Shown here: piece after piece, positions 28,470-36,957 of the stretch | Layout of the letters: each line of letters opens with the position of its first letter | How positions within the stretch are numbered: position 1 is the stretch's first letter | From: Vicinamibacterales bacterium | Lineage (GTDB): Bacteria > Acidobacteriota > Vicinamibacteria > Vicinamibacterales > UBA2999 | Direction of reading: 5' to 3' | NCBI GenBank assembly: GCA_039934485.1 | Contig: JBDTMB010000003.1 | Span: forward strand, 1 to 43,466 | DNA: 43,466 bases | The notes under the pieces: generated by a model | The model's database searches: none | The model's input: the letters and a program-made list of their open reading frames with translations, nothing else | Told to the model about the DNA's origin: nothing | Translations under genes and position numbers: made by a program

Positions 28470-29636
28470 ATGTCGCTGTCGCGACGATCGTTCGTCCGGA
28501 CGGTGGGCGCCGGCGCCGCCGCCACCTGGGTCGCCTCGCGCGGCCGCGAGGGCTCGCGGTTCGGCGCCGAGTCGTTGCTGGCGCAGGAGCGGGACATCAA
28601 GCCTGGCAATGCGATCATTCTCTCGAGCAATGAGAACCCGCTCGGGACGCACAAGGACGTCTTGGCGGCGATCCGTTCAGCCGCGTTCCCGGAGGCGGGC
28701 CGTTATCCGTTTGCCACGGCGGACGAGGTCACGGCCTTGCTGGCCAGGAAGAACGGCGTGAAGCCGGAGAACGTGCTGCTCGGCTCGGGCTCCACGCAAA
28801 TCCTCCGCACCTGCACGCACGTCTTTACGACGAAGACCGCGGGCCTGGTCGCACCGCTCCCGGCCTATGAAGAGTGCGCGGACTACGCGCGGCTGATCGG
28901 TCACCCGCTCACCGGCGTCAAGCTCACCGACAAGCTCTACATGGATCTCGACGCGATGCAGGCGGCCGCCAAGGGTGCCGGCCTCGTGTTCTACTGCAAC
29001 CCGAACAACCCCGTGGCCACCGCCATCAACGGCACCGACACGCGGGCGTACCTGGCCAGCCTCCAGAAGCGGTCCCCGAACACCACCGTGCTGGTGGACG
29101 AGGCCTACTTCGAGTACGGCACGATGGCGGGTTACGAAACCATGATCCCGGTCGCGGTCGCCAACCCGCGCGTGGTGGTCGCCCGGACCTTCTCGAAGTG
29201 CTTCGGCATGGCCGGCATCCGCATGGGCTACGCCATCGGCCACACGGACACCATCGCGAAGATGGCGGCCTGGGACGACACCGGCGCGATCAGCGTCATC
29301 GCCTTGCAGGGCGCGAAGGCGGCGCTCGCCGTCGATCCGAAGTGGCTCGATGAGGAAAAGAAGCGCAACGCGGCCGCGCGGGCCTTCACCCAGAAGTGGT
29401 TCCAGGACAAGGGCTACGCGACCACCGATTCCCAGAGCAATTTCATGTTCATCAACATCAAGCGTCCGGCCAGCGACTTCCGCAACGCCTGCCTCGCCGA
29501 AGGCGTCTCGGTGGGTCGCGACTTCCCGCCGTACGAGAAGACGCACTGCCGCATTTCGGTGGGCACGATGGCCGAGATGCAGAAGGCCGTCGAAGTGTTC
29601 GGCCGCGCGCTGGCCAAACCGGCGGCCGCCGCCTAG
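28470..29636 (+). CDS. HisC-like class I/II PLP aminotransferase with Tat signal (paralog 2)
   Basis: MSLSRRSFVRTVGAGAAA, LSSNENP, CNPNNP, VDEAYF, RTFSKCFGMAGIR, RISVG. Alternative start at 28443. Confidence 0.88.
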   Translation: MSLSRRSFVRTVGAGAAATWVASRGREGSRFGAESLLAQERDIKPGNAIILSSNENPLGTHKDVLAAIRSAAFPEAGRYPFATADEVTALLARKNGVKPENVLLGSGSTQILRTCTHVFTTKTAGLVAPLPAYEECADYARLIGHPLTGVKLTDKLYMDLDAMQAAAKGAGLVFYCNPNNPVATAINGTDTRAYLASLQKRSPNTTVLVDEAYFEYGTMAGYETMIPVAVANPRVVVARTFSKCFGMAGIRMGYAIGHTDTIAKMAAWDDTGAISVIALQGAKAALAVDPKWLDEEKKRNAAARAFTQKWFQDKGYATTDSQSNFMFINIKRPASDFRNACLAEGVSVGRDFPPYEKTHCRISVGTMAEMQKAVEVFGRALAKPAAAA

Positions 29637-29659
29637 GCGCATACGCACAGGCAGACATC

Positions 29660-29698
29660 ACGCCGGGTTCAATGCAAATTGGGCCCGGCGTTTCTATT
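29660..29698 (+). terminator. Stem-loop with GCAA loop and short U-rich tail (terminator or attenuator)
   Basis: acgccgggttcaat-gcaa-attgggcccggcgt (14-bp stem including G-U pairs) followed by ttctatt. Confidence 0.6.
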
Positions 29699-29700
29699 GG

Positions 29701-30990
29701 ATGAATAAACTCGCGCGCGTCATCGGCTTGCCCTCGGCAACCGCGCTGGTGGTCGGCACCATCATCGGTTCATCGATCTTTGTACAGGCGTCGGAGATCA
29801 CCGCCAGGGTGCCGTCGGTGGGTGGTGTGATCCTTGCGTGGGCGGCGGCCGGCGCGCTGACACTGGTGGGGGCACTGGTCTGCGCGGAACTGGCGTCGGC
29901 CTTTCCCAAGACCGGCGGCGTCTACGTCTTCCTGCGCGAGATCTACTCGCCGTCGGTGGGCTTCCTGTGGGGCTGGGCGATGTTCTGGACGATGCACAGT
30001 GGCATCCTGGCGGCGATTGCGACGGTGTTCGCGCGCTATGCCGGGTGGTTCGTGCCGCTCGACGACACCGCCACCCGCGCCGTCGCCATCGGCGCCATCG
30101 TCGTGCTGTCCGCGATCAACTACCTGGGCGTCGCGCTGGGCGGGCGCGTGCAATTCGCGTTCACCCTCGTCAAGGTGGCGGCGGTGGCCGGCATCATCGC
30201 CGCCGGCTGGTTGATCACGGGACCGGCGACCGTCGACAACGTGCGGTCGCTGGCCGGGATCGGCCCGGGCAATTTCCTCCTGGCCGTCGGCGCCGGCCTC
30301 TTCGCCTTCGGCGGCTGGCACATGGTGACCTATACGGCGGAAGAAACGATTGATCCCACGCACACGATCCCGCGGTCGCTGATGATCGGGGTGGTGATCG
30401 TGACGATTTGTTACATCGGCCTGAACGCCGTGTACCTGCGCGTGCTGCCGATCGACAAGGTGATCGCCTCGACCCGCGTCGCGGCCGACGCCTTTGAGAT
30501 CCTGGTCGGGCCCCGCGGCGCCAGCGTGATCGCCGGCCTGGTGATGTTCAGCGCGTTCGGTGCGCTGAACGGCATCGTGCTGGTCGGACCGCGCGTGTAT
30601 TACCAGATGGCCCAGGACGGCTTGTGGTTCCGCTGGGCGGGCGACGTGCATCCCCGATTCCAGACGCCCGGCAAGGCGATCCTGCTGCAAGGCGTGTGGT
30701 CGTCTGTGCTGGTCCTCACCGGGACCTATCGCGCGCTCTTCACGCGGGTGATTTACACCGAGTGGATCTTCTTCGCGTTGCTGGCGCTCGGCGTGGTGCT
30801 GCTGCGCCGCCGGGCGGACTACCAACCGGCCTGGCGGATGCCGCTGGTGCCGCTCGCGCCCATCCTCTTCGTGGCCGTGTCCGCGGCCATCGTCGTCAAC
30901 CAGGTCTTTGCGGATTTGCAGAGCAGCGCGATCGGCCTGCTCATCGTGGCGTCCGGATTTCCGGCCTATTATCTGTGGAACAGAAAATGA
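29701..30990 (+). CDS. APC family amino acid permease
   Basis: GTIIGSSIF, ELASAFPKTGGVYVFL, FAFGGW, EETIDPTHTIPRS, GPRVYYQMAQDG, HPRFQTP; about 12 TM helices. Start at ATG 29701. Confidence 0.92.
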   Translation: MNKLARVIGLPSATALVVGTIIGSSIFVQASEITARVPSVGGVILAWAAAGALTLVGALVCAELASAFPKTGGVYVFLREIYSPSVGFLWGWAMFWTMHSGILAAIATVFARYAGWFVPLDDTATRAVAIGAIVVLSAINYLGVALGGRVQFAFTLVKVAAVAGIIAAGWLITGPATVDNVRSLAGIGPGNFLLAVGAGLFAFGGWHMVTYTAEETIDPTHTIPRSLMIGVVIVTICYIGLNAVYLRVLPIDKVIASTRVAADAFEILVGPRGASVIAGLVMFSAFGALNGIVLVGPRVYYQMAQDGLWFRWAGDVHPRFQTPGKAILLQGVWSSVLVLTGTYRALFTRVIYTEWIFFALLALGVVLLRRRADYQPAWRMPLVPLAPILFVAVSAAIVVNQVFADLQSSAIGLLIVASGFPAYYLWNRK

Positions 30991-31964
30991 TCATCGACTT
31001 TCATAACCATTACTATCCGCCCGAATACCTGGCCGCCGTAAAGAAGGGGCCCACCAAGGTCCGCATGGACTTTGATGCGGAAGGGAACCCACGCCTGCAT
31101 TATCCCGGCGACTACAACATCCTCGTTCCTGGCCACCGGGATCTCGATTTCCGCGAGGGCGTGCTCAACCAGCACGGCGTCGACAAACAGGTGATCACCT
31201 TCACCACGCCAGGCACCCACTTCGAGGAGCCGGCCACCGCCGTCGCGATGGCGAAGGAGATCAACAACGCGTTCAGCGCGGCGGTGACACAGCGAAAGCA
31301 CTTTGCGTCGCTGGCCACCCTGCCACTCAACGATCCGGCGGCGTCGGTCGCCGAACTCGAGCGGGCGATGACGACGCTGGGATTGCCGGGTGCGATGGTG
31401 TTCAGCAACGTCAACGGCGTCGCGCTGGCCGACAAGGTGTACGAGCCGCTGTGGAAGAAGGCCAACGAGCTGAAGGCGGTGATCTACATTCACCCGGCGC
31501 ATCCCCTGGGCGTCGAGGCGATGGAGAAGTTCTGGTTGATGCCGCTGGTCGGCTTCCTGATGGACACGACGCTGGCCGCCGCGCACCTCGTGTTTGCCGG
31601 CGTGCCGGAGCGGTATCCCAACATTACGTGGGTGCTGACGCACATGGGTGGCGCCGTGCCGTACCTCGCCGAGCGCTTCGACCGCGGCTACGAGGCCTTC
31701 GACGAGTGCCGCGCCAACATCAGCCGCGCCCCCAGCAGTTATTTGCGGCAGTTCTATTACGACACCGTGAACTTCGACGTGAACAATATCGAACTGGCGA
31801 TCAAGTTCGCGGGCGTGGATCACATCCTGGCGGGCAGCGACTATCCGCATCAGATTGGCAGCATTCCGAAGATGCTGGATTCGATTTCCCGCCTGCCGGT
31901 GTCACCGGCCGAGCGCGAGGGCATTCTCGGCCGCAACACGGCGCGCATTCTTCACCTGGATTGA
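30987..31964 (+). CDS. Amidohydrolase_2 family metal-dependent hydrolase/decarboxylase (ACMSD-like)
   Basis: IDFHNH, IYIHP, LTHMGG, FYYDT, GSDYPH. ATGA overlap with the permease. Confidence 0.88.
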   Translation: MIIDFHNHYYPPEYLAAVKKGPTKVRMDFDAEGNPRLHYPGDYNILVPGHRDLDFREGVLNQHGVDKQVITFTTPGTHFEEPATAVAMAKEINNAFSAAVTQRKHFASLATLPLNDPAASVAELERAMTTLGLPGAMVFSNVNGVALADKVYEPLWKKANELKAVIYIHPAHPLGVEAMEKFWLMPLVGFLMDTTLAAAHLVFAGVPERYPNITWVLTHMGGAVPYLAERFDRGYEAFDECRANISRAPSSYLRQFYYDTVNFDVNNIELAIKFAGVDHILAGSDYPHQIGSIPKMLDSISRLPVSPAEREGILGRNTARILHLD

Positions 31965-32006
31965 TTCCGGCACCCCATACCGGGGTGCTCGACGTACGGA
32001 GGCGAT

Positions 32007-32402
32007 ATGACGACGGCGAAATACATCGTGGCAACAGTTGTGGTGGGGGCCGTGTTTGCGGCCGGCATGGCGGTCGGCGCGCAACAAGGCAACGCGACCC
32101 GCCGCGAGCCGCAGTTTCAAAACAGCGAGGTGGAGGTGTGGAAGTCCACCGTCATGCCGAATTCGCCGTTGGCGCTGCATCGGCATGAACATGGCCGCGC
32201 CTTGGTGGCGTTGACCAATGGGACGCTCGAAGTCGTCGACGCCAGGGGGACGACGATGAACAAGCTGGTGCTGGAGGCGGGCAAGGCGTACTGGCTCGAC
32301 CGCGACGTGCCCAACACCCAGCACGCCGACGTCAACAGGGGCAAGGAGCCCATTCAAGTGATTGTCGTGCAGTTGAAGAACGACAAGCCGCTGACGAAGT
32401 AG
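32007..32402 (+). CDS. Secreted cupin-domain protein
   Basis: Signal peptide; HRH motif (LALHRHE) and later QHADVN; GGAGG Shine-Dalgarno. Confidence 0.75.
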   Translation: MTTAKYIVATVVVGAVFAAGMAVGAQQGNATRREPQFQNSEVEVWKSTVMPNSPLALHRHEHGRALVALTNGTLEVVDARGTTMNKLVLEAGKAYWLDRDVPNTQHADVNRGKEPIQVIVVQLKNDKPLTK

Positions 32403-33026
32403 CTAGCGGCTTTCGCTGTCGTAGACGCGCTTGAGGGACGGCGGGCCGCCGGGTCCGCCGGGTCCGCGATGGCCACCGCTGCGGTCGCCCTCCACTTTCA
32501 GGGTCACTTCGAGACGGCGGATTTCGCCGCCATCCAACACCGGGGTGTAGGTCGTCGTCACTTTCGGTCCGCCGAAGTCTTCTTCGATGACGAGGTTGGC
32601 GCCTTCAAAGATCGTTTTGGTCTTGAACTCGCCATCGCCGGTCACTTGCTGCTGCTTCTTGCCGTCCGCCTTGAACGACAGGTGACGGCCGTTGCCATCG
32701 GTGATCGACACCGTGGTGCCGTCACGGACGATGATCAGGCGATCCGGAATCTCGGTCATGCGACGCCGGACCACTTCCGTCTTGTGCAGGTCGGCTTCAT
32801 TGGGGCCGTTGCCGCCGCCAAACCCACCGAAGCCGCCGCGCCCGCCCATGCGTCCGCCGCCGCGCTCGGGCCGCCGCCCCGGCCCACGCTCGGTCCCCGG
32901 CTCCGGCATCGCCGTGAGATCGCGATTGAGTGTCCAGGCGCCCGCCACCTCGAGCGCCGCGGCGCCGCGAATCGGCGTGGCCGTCACGAGCAGGCCGATG
33001 GTGATGCCGAGCGCAAGACTTCGCAT
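32403..33026 (-). CDS. Secreted hypothetical protein with Gly/Arg-rich insertions
   Basis: Signal peptide, GAWTLN motif, beta-rich body, ends KRVYD; plausible coding ORF filling the gap. Confidence 0.65.
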   Translation of the reverse strand: MRSLALGITIGLLVTATPIRGAAALEVAGAWTLNRDLTAMPEPGTERGPGRRPERGGGRMGGRGGFGGFGGGNGPNEADLHKTEVVRRRMTEIPDRLIIVRDGTTVSITDGNGRHLSFKADGKKQQQVTGDGEFKTKTIFEGANLVIEEDFGGPKVTTTYTPVLDGGEIRRLEVTLKVEGDRSGGHRGPGGPGGPPSLKRVYDSESR

Positions 33027-33111
33027 GAGTCCTACATTACTCCCGCGGTGAAACTACCTGGCGCCACCCTGATGTCTGTCATGGTTTTTTCACAAGCTCG
33101 AGCCGAAGAAA

Positions 33112-33168
33112 GTAGGGCACCCCTTTAGGGGTGCCGAATCCCCTTTAGGGGTGCCGAATCCGCCCTAC
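33112..33168. repeat. GTAG-family REP palindrome with a 20-bp tandem duplication
   Basis: GTAG-GGCACCCC-TTTA-GGGGTGCC at 33112..33135; ccctttaggggtgccgaatc x2 (33121..33160); closing gccctac at 33162..33168. Confidence 0.85.
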
Positions 33169-34940
33169 AACTGTCGCCGCCAAAAAACTGCCGACGCCGC
33201 CAGCGCGAACGCGAAGATGACGCTGCCGGCGACGAGGCCCTGGGGAAAGAACTCGAACGCGAACGTTCCGGTTTGGCCCGGCGCCAGCATCACCGATCCC
33301 ATCGCGGCGCCTGGCTCGAGCACGGGGCCGGCGGTGCTCGTCCAACCGGGTGAATAGTTCTGGTTCAGGAAAATCCGCGACGGCTCTGCGCCGCCGAGCA
33401 CCTTGAACTCGATCCGGTTCGGCGTGAAGGCGGTGGAGACGATCTGCGACTTGTCATCCGCCGCGATCACCGGACGGCCGTCGTTGGTCGACGCCGTTCG
33501 CACCAGCTGCAGCGATTCGTAGCAAAAGAAGAAGGCCCGGTCTTCGCTGAGCGCGCGCAACATCGGCGCCCCGGGCCTGTAGGCGCTCGATTCGAAGTCG
33601 GTGGCAATCGCGCGCGGCCCGCTCATCCAGTGGAACGAGGTGTCGAACGCCTCCTGTGTGAAGACATTCGTGAACAGCCTGCGGTTCACGCTCATCAAGT
33701 GGACCGAGGCCAGGATGCACACGACGGCCACGGTCCAGCGGACCGAGCGGCGCGTGAGTAGCGCCGCGGGCACGGTCGACGCCAATGCCCAGCCCGTCGT
33801 CATCACCGCAAAGAGCAGGAACGGGATCGTGTAGCGGCTGGGGATGCGAAAACTCGAAAACAGCGGCAGATGCGTGGCAATCGACGCCGGCGCCAGCGAG
33901 CCGAATTCACCCAGCGACAGCGCAAACAGCACGAGTGTCGTCAACGCGAGCGAGAGGCCCCCACCTTCGCCAAGGCTACGGTGGGCAAGCCGGCCGCGGC
34001 GAAGAATGACCCACGCCCACGAGACCACCAACACCAACGCCGAGAATGGTCCGACATAGTTTCCGTATTCATGCCAGCCGTGACGTTGGTGATCGAACTG
34101 CGATCGCAGGCCCTGCTGCGGATCCAGGTAGGTGTGCTGGAGCAGTTCGAGCGTCATCCGATCGGGATGGTCCGTGGGATTGCGCGTGTCCCAGAACCGA
34201 TCGCCGGTCACGAACATCGACACCGGCAGGAGCTTCGGCGCCGAGAACGCCAATCCCGCGATCACGAACAACGCCGCCACCGCCACCGGCCGCCACTGGC
34301 GCGCGAGCACGGCGGCGAATACCGCAAAGGTGCCGATCGCCGCAAACACCATCGGCAGGATGTGCACGCCGCCATTGAAGACCATCAGCGCAAGGATTGC
34401 GCCGGCGAGCAGCACGTCCTTCACTGCGCCGGTGCGGCACGCGCGAAACAGGAGCAACATCTGCAGCGGCAGATAAAAGCCCGGCAGGAACACGCTGTGG
34501 CCGACCGCGAGGTGGATGGCGGGCGCGCCGGCCGCCGTGGCGAGCGTCGCGAGATAGATGACCAGCGGCAGGAAACCTAAGCCGATCGCGCGCGTCAACA
34601 GCAGGTGCATCCCGACAAAGCCAATCCAGTAATGCAGGACGATGTTGACCTTCATCGCAAGCTGCAGGGACATCACCGCCGTGAGCGGATAGACCGGGCT
34701 CAGCAGCGCCACCTGCGGGTTTTGCCAGAGCACGTTGCCGCCGCAATACCAGGGATTCCAGAACGGGGCCTGCCCGTATTCGACCACGTCCTTCAGCACG
34801 GCGCCGTAATAGAACAGGTGCTGGTCCCAGTCGTTGCCGCCGAGGCCGTTTGGTTGTGCGAAGAGGGGGGAGCAGAAGAACACGCTCAAGACGAGGTACA
34901 GCGCGCCCAACCACGCCGCCCTCACATGTCGTGATCCCAT
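33165..34940 (-). CDS. Multi-pass membrane protein, probable GT-C fold glycosyltransferase (YfhO-like)
   Basis: First loop with DWD acidic motif and PFWNPWYCGG, many TM helices, FSSFRIPSRY, C-terminal domain with NQNYSPGW and a final TM helix. Confidence 0.7.
   Translation of the reverse strand: MGSRHVRAAWLGALYLVLSVFFCSPLFAQPNGLGGNDWDQHLFYYGAVLKDVVEYGQAPFWNPWYCGGNVLWQNPQVALLSPVYPLTAVMSLQLAMKVNIVLHYWIGFVGMHLLLTRAIGLGFLPLVIYLATLATAAGAPAIHLAVGHSVFLPGFYLPLQMLLLFRACRTGAVKDVLLAGAILALMVFNGGVHILPMVFAAIGTFAVFAAVLARQWRPVAVAALFVIAGLAFSAPKLLPVSMFVTGDRFWDTRNPTDHPDRMTLELLQHTYLDPQQGLRSQFDHQRHGWHEYGNYVGPFSALVLVVSWAWVILRRGRLAHRSLGEGGGLSLALTTLVLFALSLGEFGSLAPASIATHLPLFSSFRIPSRYTIPFLLFAVMTTGWALASTVPAALLTRRSVRWTVAVVCILASVHLMSVNRRLFTNVFTQEAFDTSFHWMSGPRAIATDFESSAYRPGAPMLRALSEDRAFFFCYESLQLVRTASTNDGRPVIAADDKSQIVSTAFTPNRIEFKVLGGAEPSRIFLNQNYSPGWTSTAGPVLEPGAAMGSVMLAPGQTGTFAFEFFPQGLVAGSVIFAFALAASAVFWRRQL
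33960..33990. repeat. Small palindromic element inside the coding sequence (encodes LAHRSLGEGG)
   Basis: CCCACC-TTCGCCAAGGCTAC-GGTGGG-CAAGC hairpin located in an inter-helix loop. Confidence 0.55.
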
Positions 34941-34989
34941 ATCGAGGATGTGCAGGCCCTGCGTGCGGAAATGCTAGCATACGGTTCAC

Positions 34990-35431
34990 GTGTCCGAATT
35001 CCGTGTCGAGAAGCGCCGCGAGGCCGGCGAGCTGACGCTCACCACCGTCCGGTTCGAGCCATGCGCACGCCGGCTCGGAGCGCGTCGGCGACCTGCTGAA
35101 CTTCGAAGACGGCTTCTTCCCGTTCGCAACTGAAGGCGGGCCGACCGAGCTCATCAATCGCGCCCACGTGCTCAAGGTGATCCTGCCGACGCCCGTGATC
35201 GAGGTCCAACTCGATGCCGCGTACGACGTCGCCACGCGCCGCCATGTCTCGCTGTTGCTGACCAACGGCGAGCGGGTGTCCGGGATCGTGTCGGTGAACC
35301 GTCCGCCGGGGCGCGATCGCCTCAGCGACTTCGCGCGGCTCGAGGAGCGTTTCCGCTACCTGGAATTGCCGGACCGGACGATGTTGATCAACTCGCAGCA
35401 CATTGTGGCCATGTCGGAGGTGCCTGAGTAA
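34990..35431 (+). pseudogene. Conserved hypothetical protein upstream of pilT, frameshifted near 35047
   Basis: GTG 34990 gives MSEFRVEKRREAGELTLTT. The +1 frame from 35048 continues SGSSHAHAGSERVGDLLNFEDGFFPF...LINRAHV into ORF 35168..35431 (RDRLSDF...RYLE...LINSQHIV). Its stop overlaps the pilT ATG (TAATG). Confidence 0.65.
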
Positions 35432-36948
35432 TGGGCGCGGAAGCAATCGAGCATCTGTTGAAAACGATGACCACGACCAAGGCCCGCGGCTTGCGGTTGC
35501 AGGTCGGCAGTCCGGCGCGGATCCTGGATGCCTCGGGCGCGTCGCAGGAAGCGTCGAGCGCGCCGCTGACACGCCAGGAAGTGCTGCAGCTGATCGGGCC
35601 AATCGTGCCCGAGCAGGCGCGTCGCCGGATTCCGCAGGAAACCTCAGTCGAGTTCGACTACGTCTCCGCCGAAAGCGGCCCCTTCAAGGTGACCATCCTG
35701 AGGAATGGCGCCGAGCTGGCGGTCAGTTTCGTCCCCGATCTGAGCGGTGTGGGCGCGCCGCAGCTGGCCCCGCCGGCCGCGCCGGTGGCTCCGAGGCCCG
35801 CCCACGCGGCCACGGCCCCAGTGGTCGTCACGCCGGCGGGTCCGGGTAACGCCATCGATCGGCTGTTCCGCTTGATGGTGGAGTCCAAGGCGTCCGACCT
35901 GCACCTCTCCACCGGGATGCCGCCGCTGATCCGCAAGGACGGCCACATGCAGCCGCTCGAAGAGTCGGCGGCGGCGATGACGGCGGAGGATGTCACCGCC
36001 CTGCTCGAACCGATCACGCCGGACAAGAACAAGGAAGAGTTTTCAGAGCGGCACGACACCGACTTCGCCTATGCCATCGAAGGCCTGGCGCGGTTTCGCG
36101 CCAACATGTTTCTCGACCGCAAGGGCCGCGGCGCGGTGTTTCGCGTCATTCCCGCCAACATCCTCACCGCCGAGCAACTCGGGCTGTCGCCGCACATCCT
36201 GCAGCTCTGCCGCCTGACCAAGGGCCTGATCCTGGTGACCGGACCGACCGGATCCGGCAAGTCGACCACGCTCTGCGCGATGATCGATTACATCAACAAG
36301 AACCGCAACGATCACATCATCACGATTGAAGATCCCATCGAGTTCGTGCACGAGAACAAGAGCTGCCTGATCAACCAGCGCGAGGTGGGCACCCACACCG
36401 GCGGGTTCAAGAACGCGCTGCGCGCGGCGATGCGCGAGGATCCGGACATCATCCTCGTCGGCGAATTGCGCGACCTCGAAACCGTGGCCATCGCCATCGA
36501 GACGGCCGAGACCGGCCACCTCGTCTTCGGCACGCTCCACACCACCACCGCGGCCTCCACGGTCGATCGCGTGATCGACCAGTTTCCCACCGAGCAGCAG
36601 GCCCAGATCCGGATCATGCTGTCGGAATCGCTCAAGGGCGTGATCGCGCAGAACCTGTGCCGCAAGATCGGCGGCGGCCGCATCGCCGCGCTCGAAATCC
36701 TGCTCATCAACGGCGCGATCAGCAACCTGATTCGCGAGGGCAAGACCTTCCAGATCCCGTCGATGATGCAGGTGGGCCGCGCCAGCGGCATGGTGGCCCT
36801 CAACGACGCGTTGATGGACATGGTCACCAAGAAGCTGGTCGAGCCGCAGGAGGCGTACTTGAAGTCCGTGGACAAGGCGGCCTTCGAGGGGCTGCTGAAA
36901 CGCGCCGGCATCGACACCAAGTTCGTGACCACCGGCGCGCCGGGATAA
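35431..36948 (+). CDS. pilT: Type IV pilus retraction ATPase PilT with an additional degenerate N-terminal PilT N-domain
   Basis: ASDLHL, RFRANMF, GPTGSGKST, TIEDPIE, REDPDIILVGELRD, AETGHLVFGTLHT, AISNLIRE (AIRNLIRE motif). Confidence 0.9.
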   Translation: MGAEAIEHLLKTMTTTKARGLRLQVGSPARILDASGASQEASSAPLTRQEVLQLIGPIVPEQARRRIPQETSVEFDYVSAESGPFKVTILRNGAELAVSFVPDLSGVGAPQLAPPAAPVAPRPAHAATAPVVVTPAGPGNAIDRLFRLMVESKASDLHLSTGMPPLIRKDGHMQPLEESAAAMTAEDVTALLEPITPDKNKEEFSERHDTDFAYAIEGLARFRANMFLDRKGRGAVFRVIPANILTAEQLGLSPHILQLCRLTKGLILVTGPTGSGKSTTLCAMIDYINKNRNDHIITIEDPIEFVHENKSCLINQREVGTHTGGFKNALRAAMREDPDIILVGELRDLETVAIAIETAETGHLVFGTLHTTTAASTVDRVIDQFPTEQQAQIRIMLSESLKGVIAQNLCRKIGGGRIAALEILLINGAISNLIREGKTFQIPSMMQVGRASGMVALNDALMDMVTKKLVEPQEAYLKSVDKAAFEGLLKRAGIDTKFVTTGAPG

Positions 36949-36957
36949 ACTACTTCC

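Noticed and set aside
29350-29700. Extended starts for the permease, amidohydrolase (30624), aminotransferase 2 (28278) and ppk1 (25245)
   Set aside because: They overlap neighbouring genes, and downstream ATGs fit family N-termini better.
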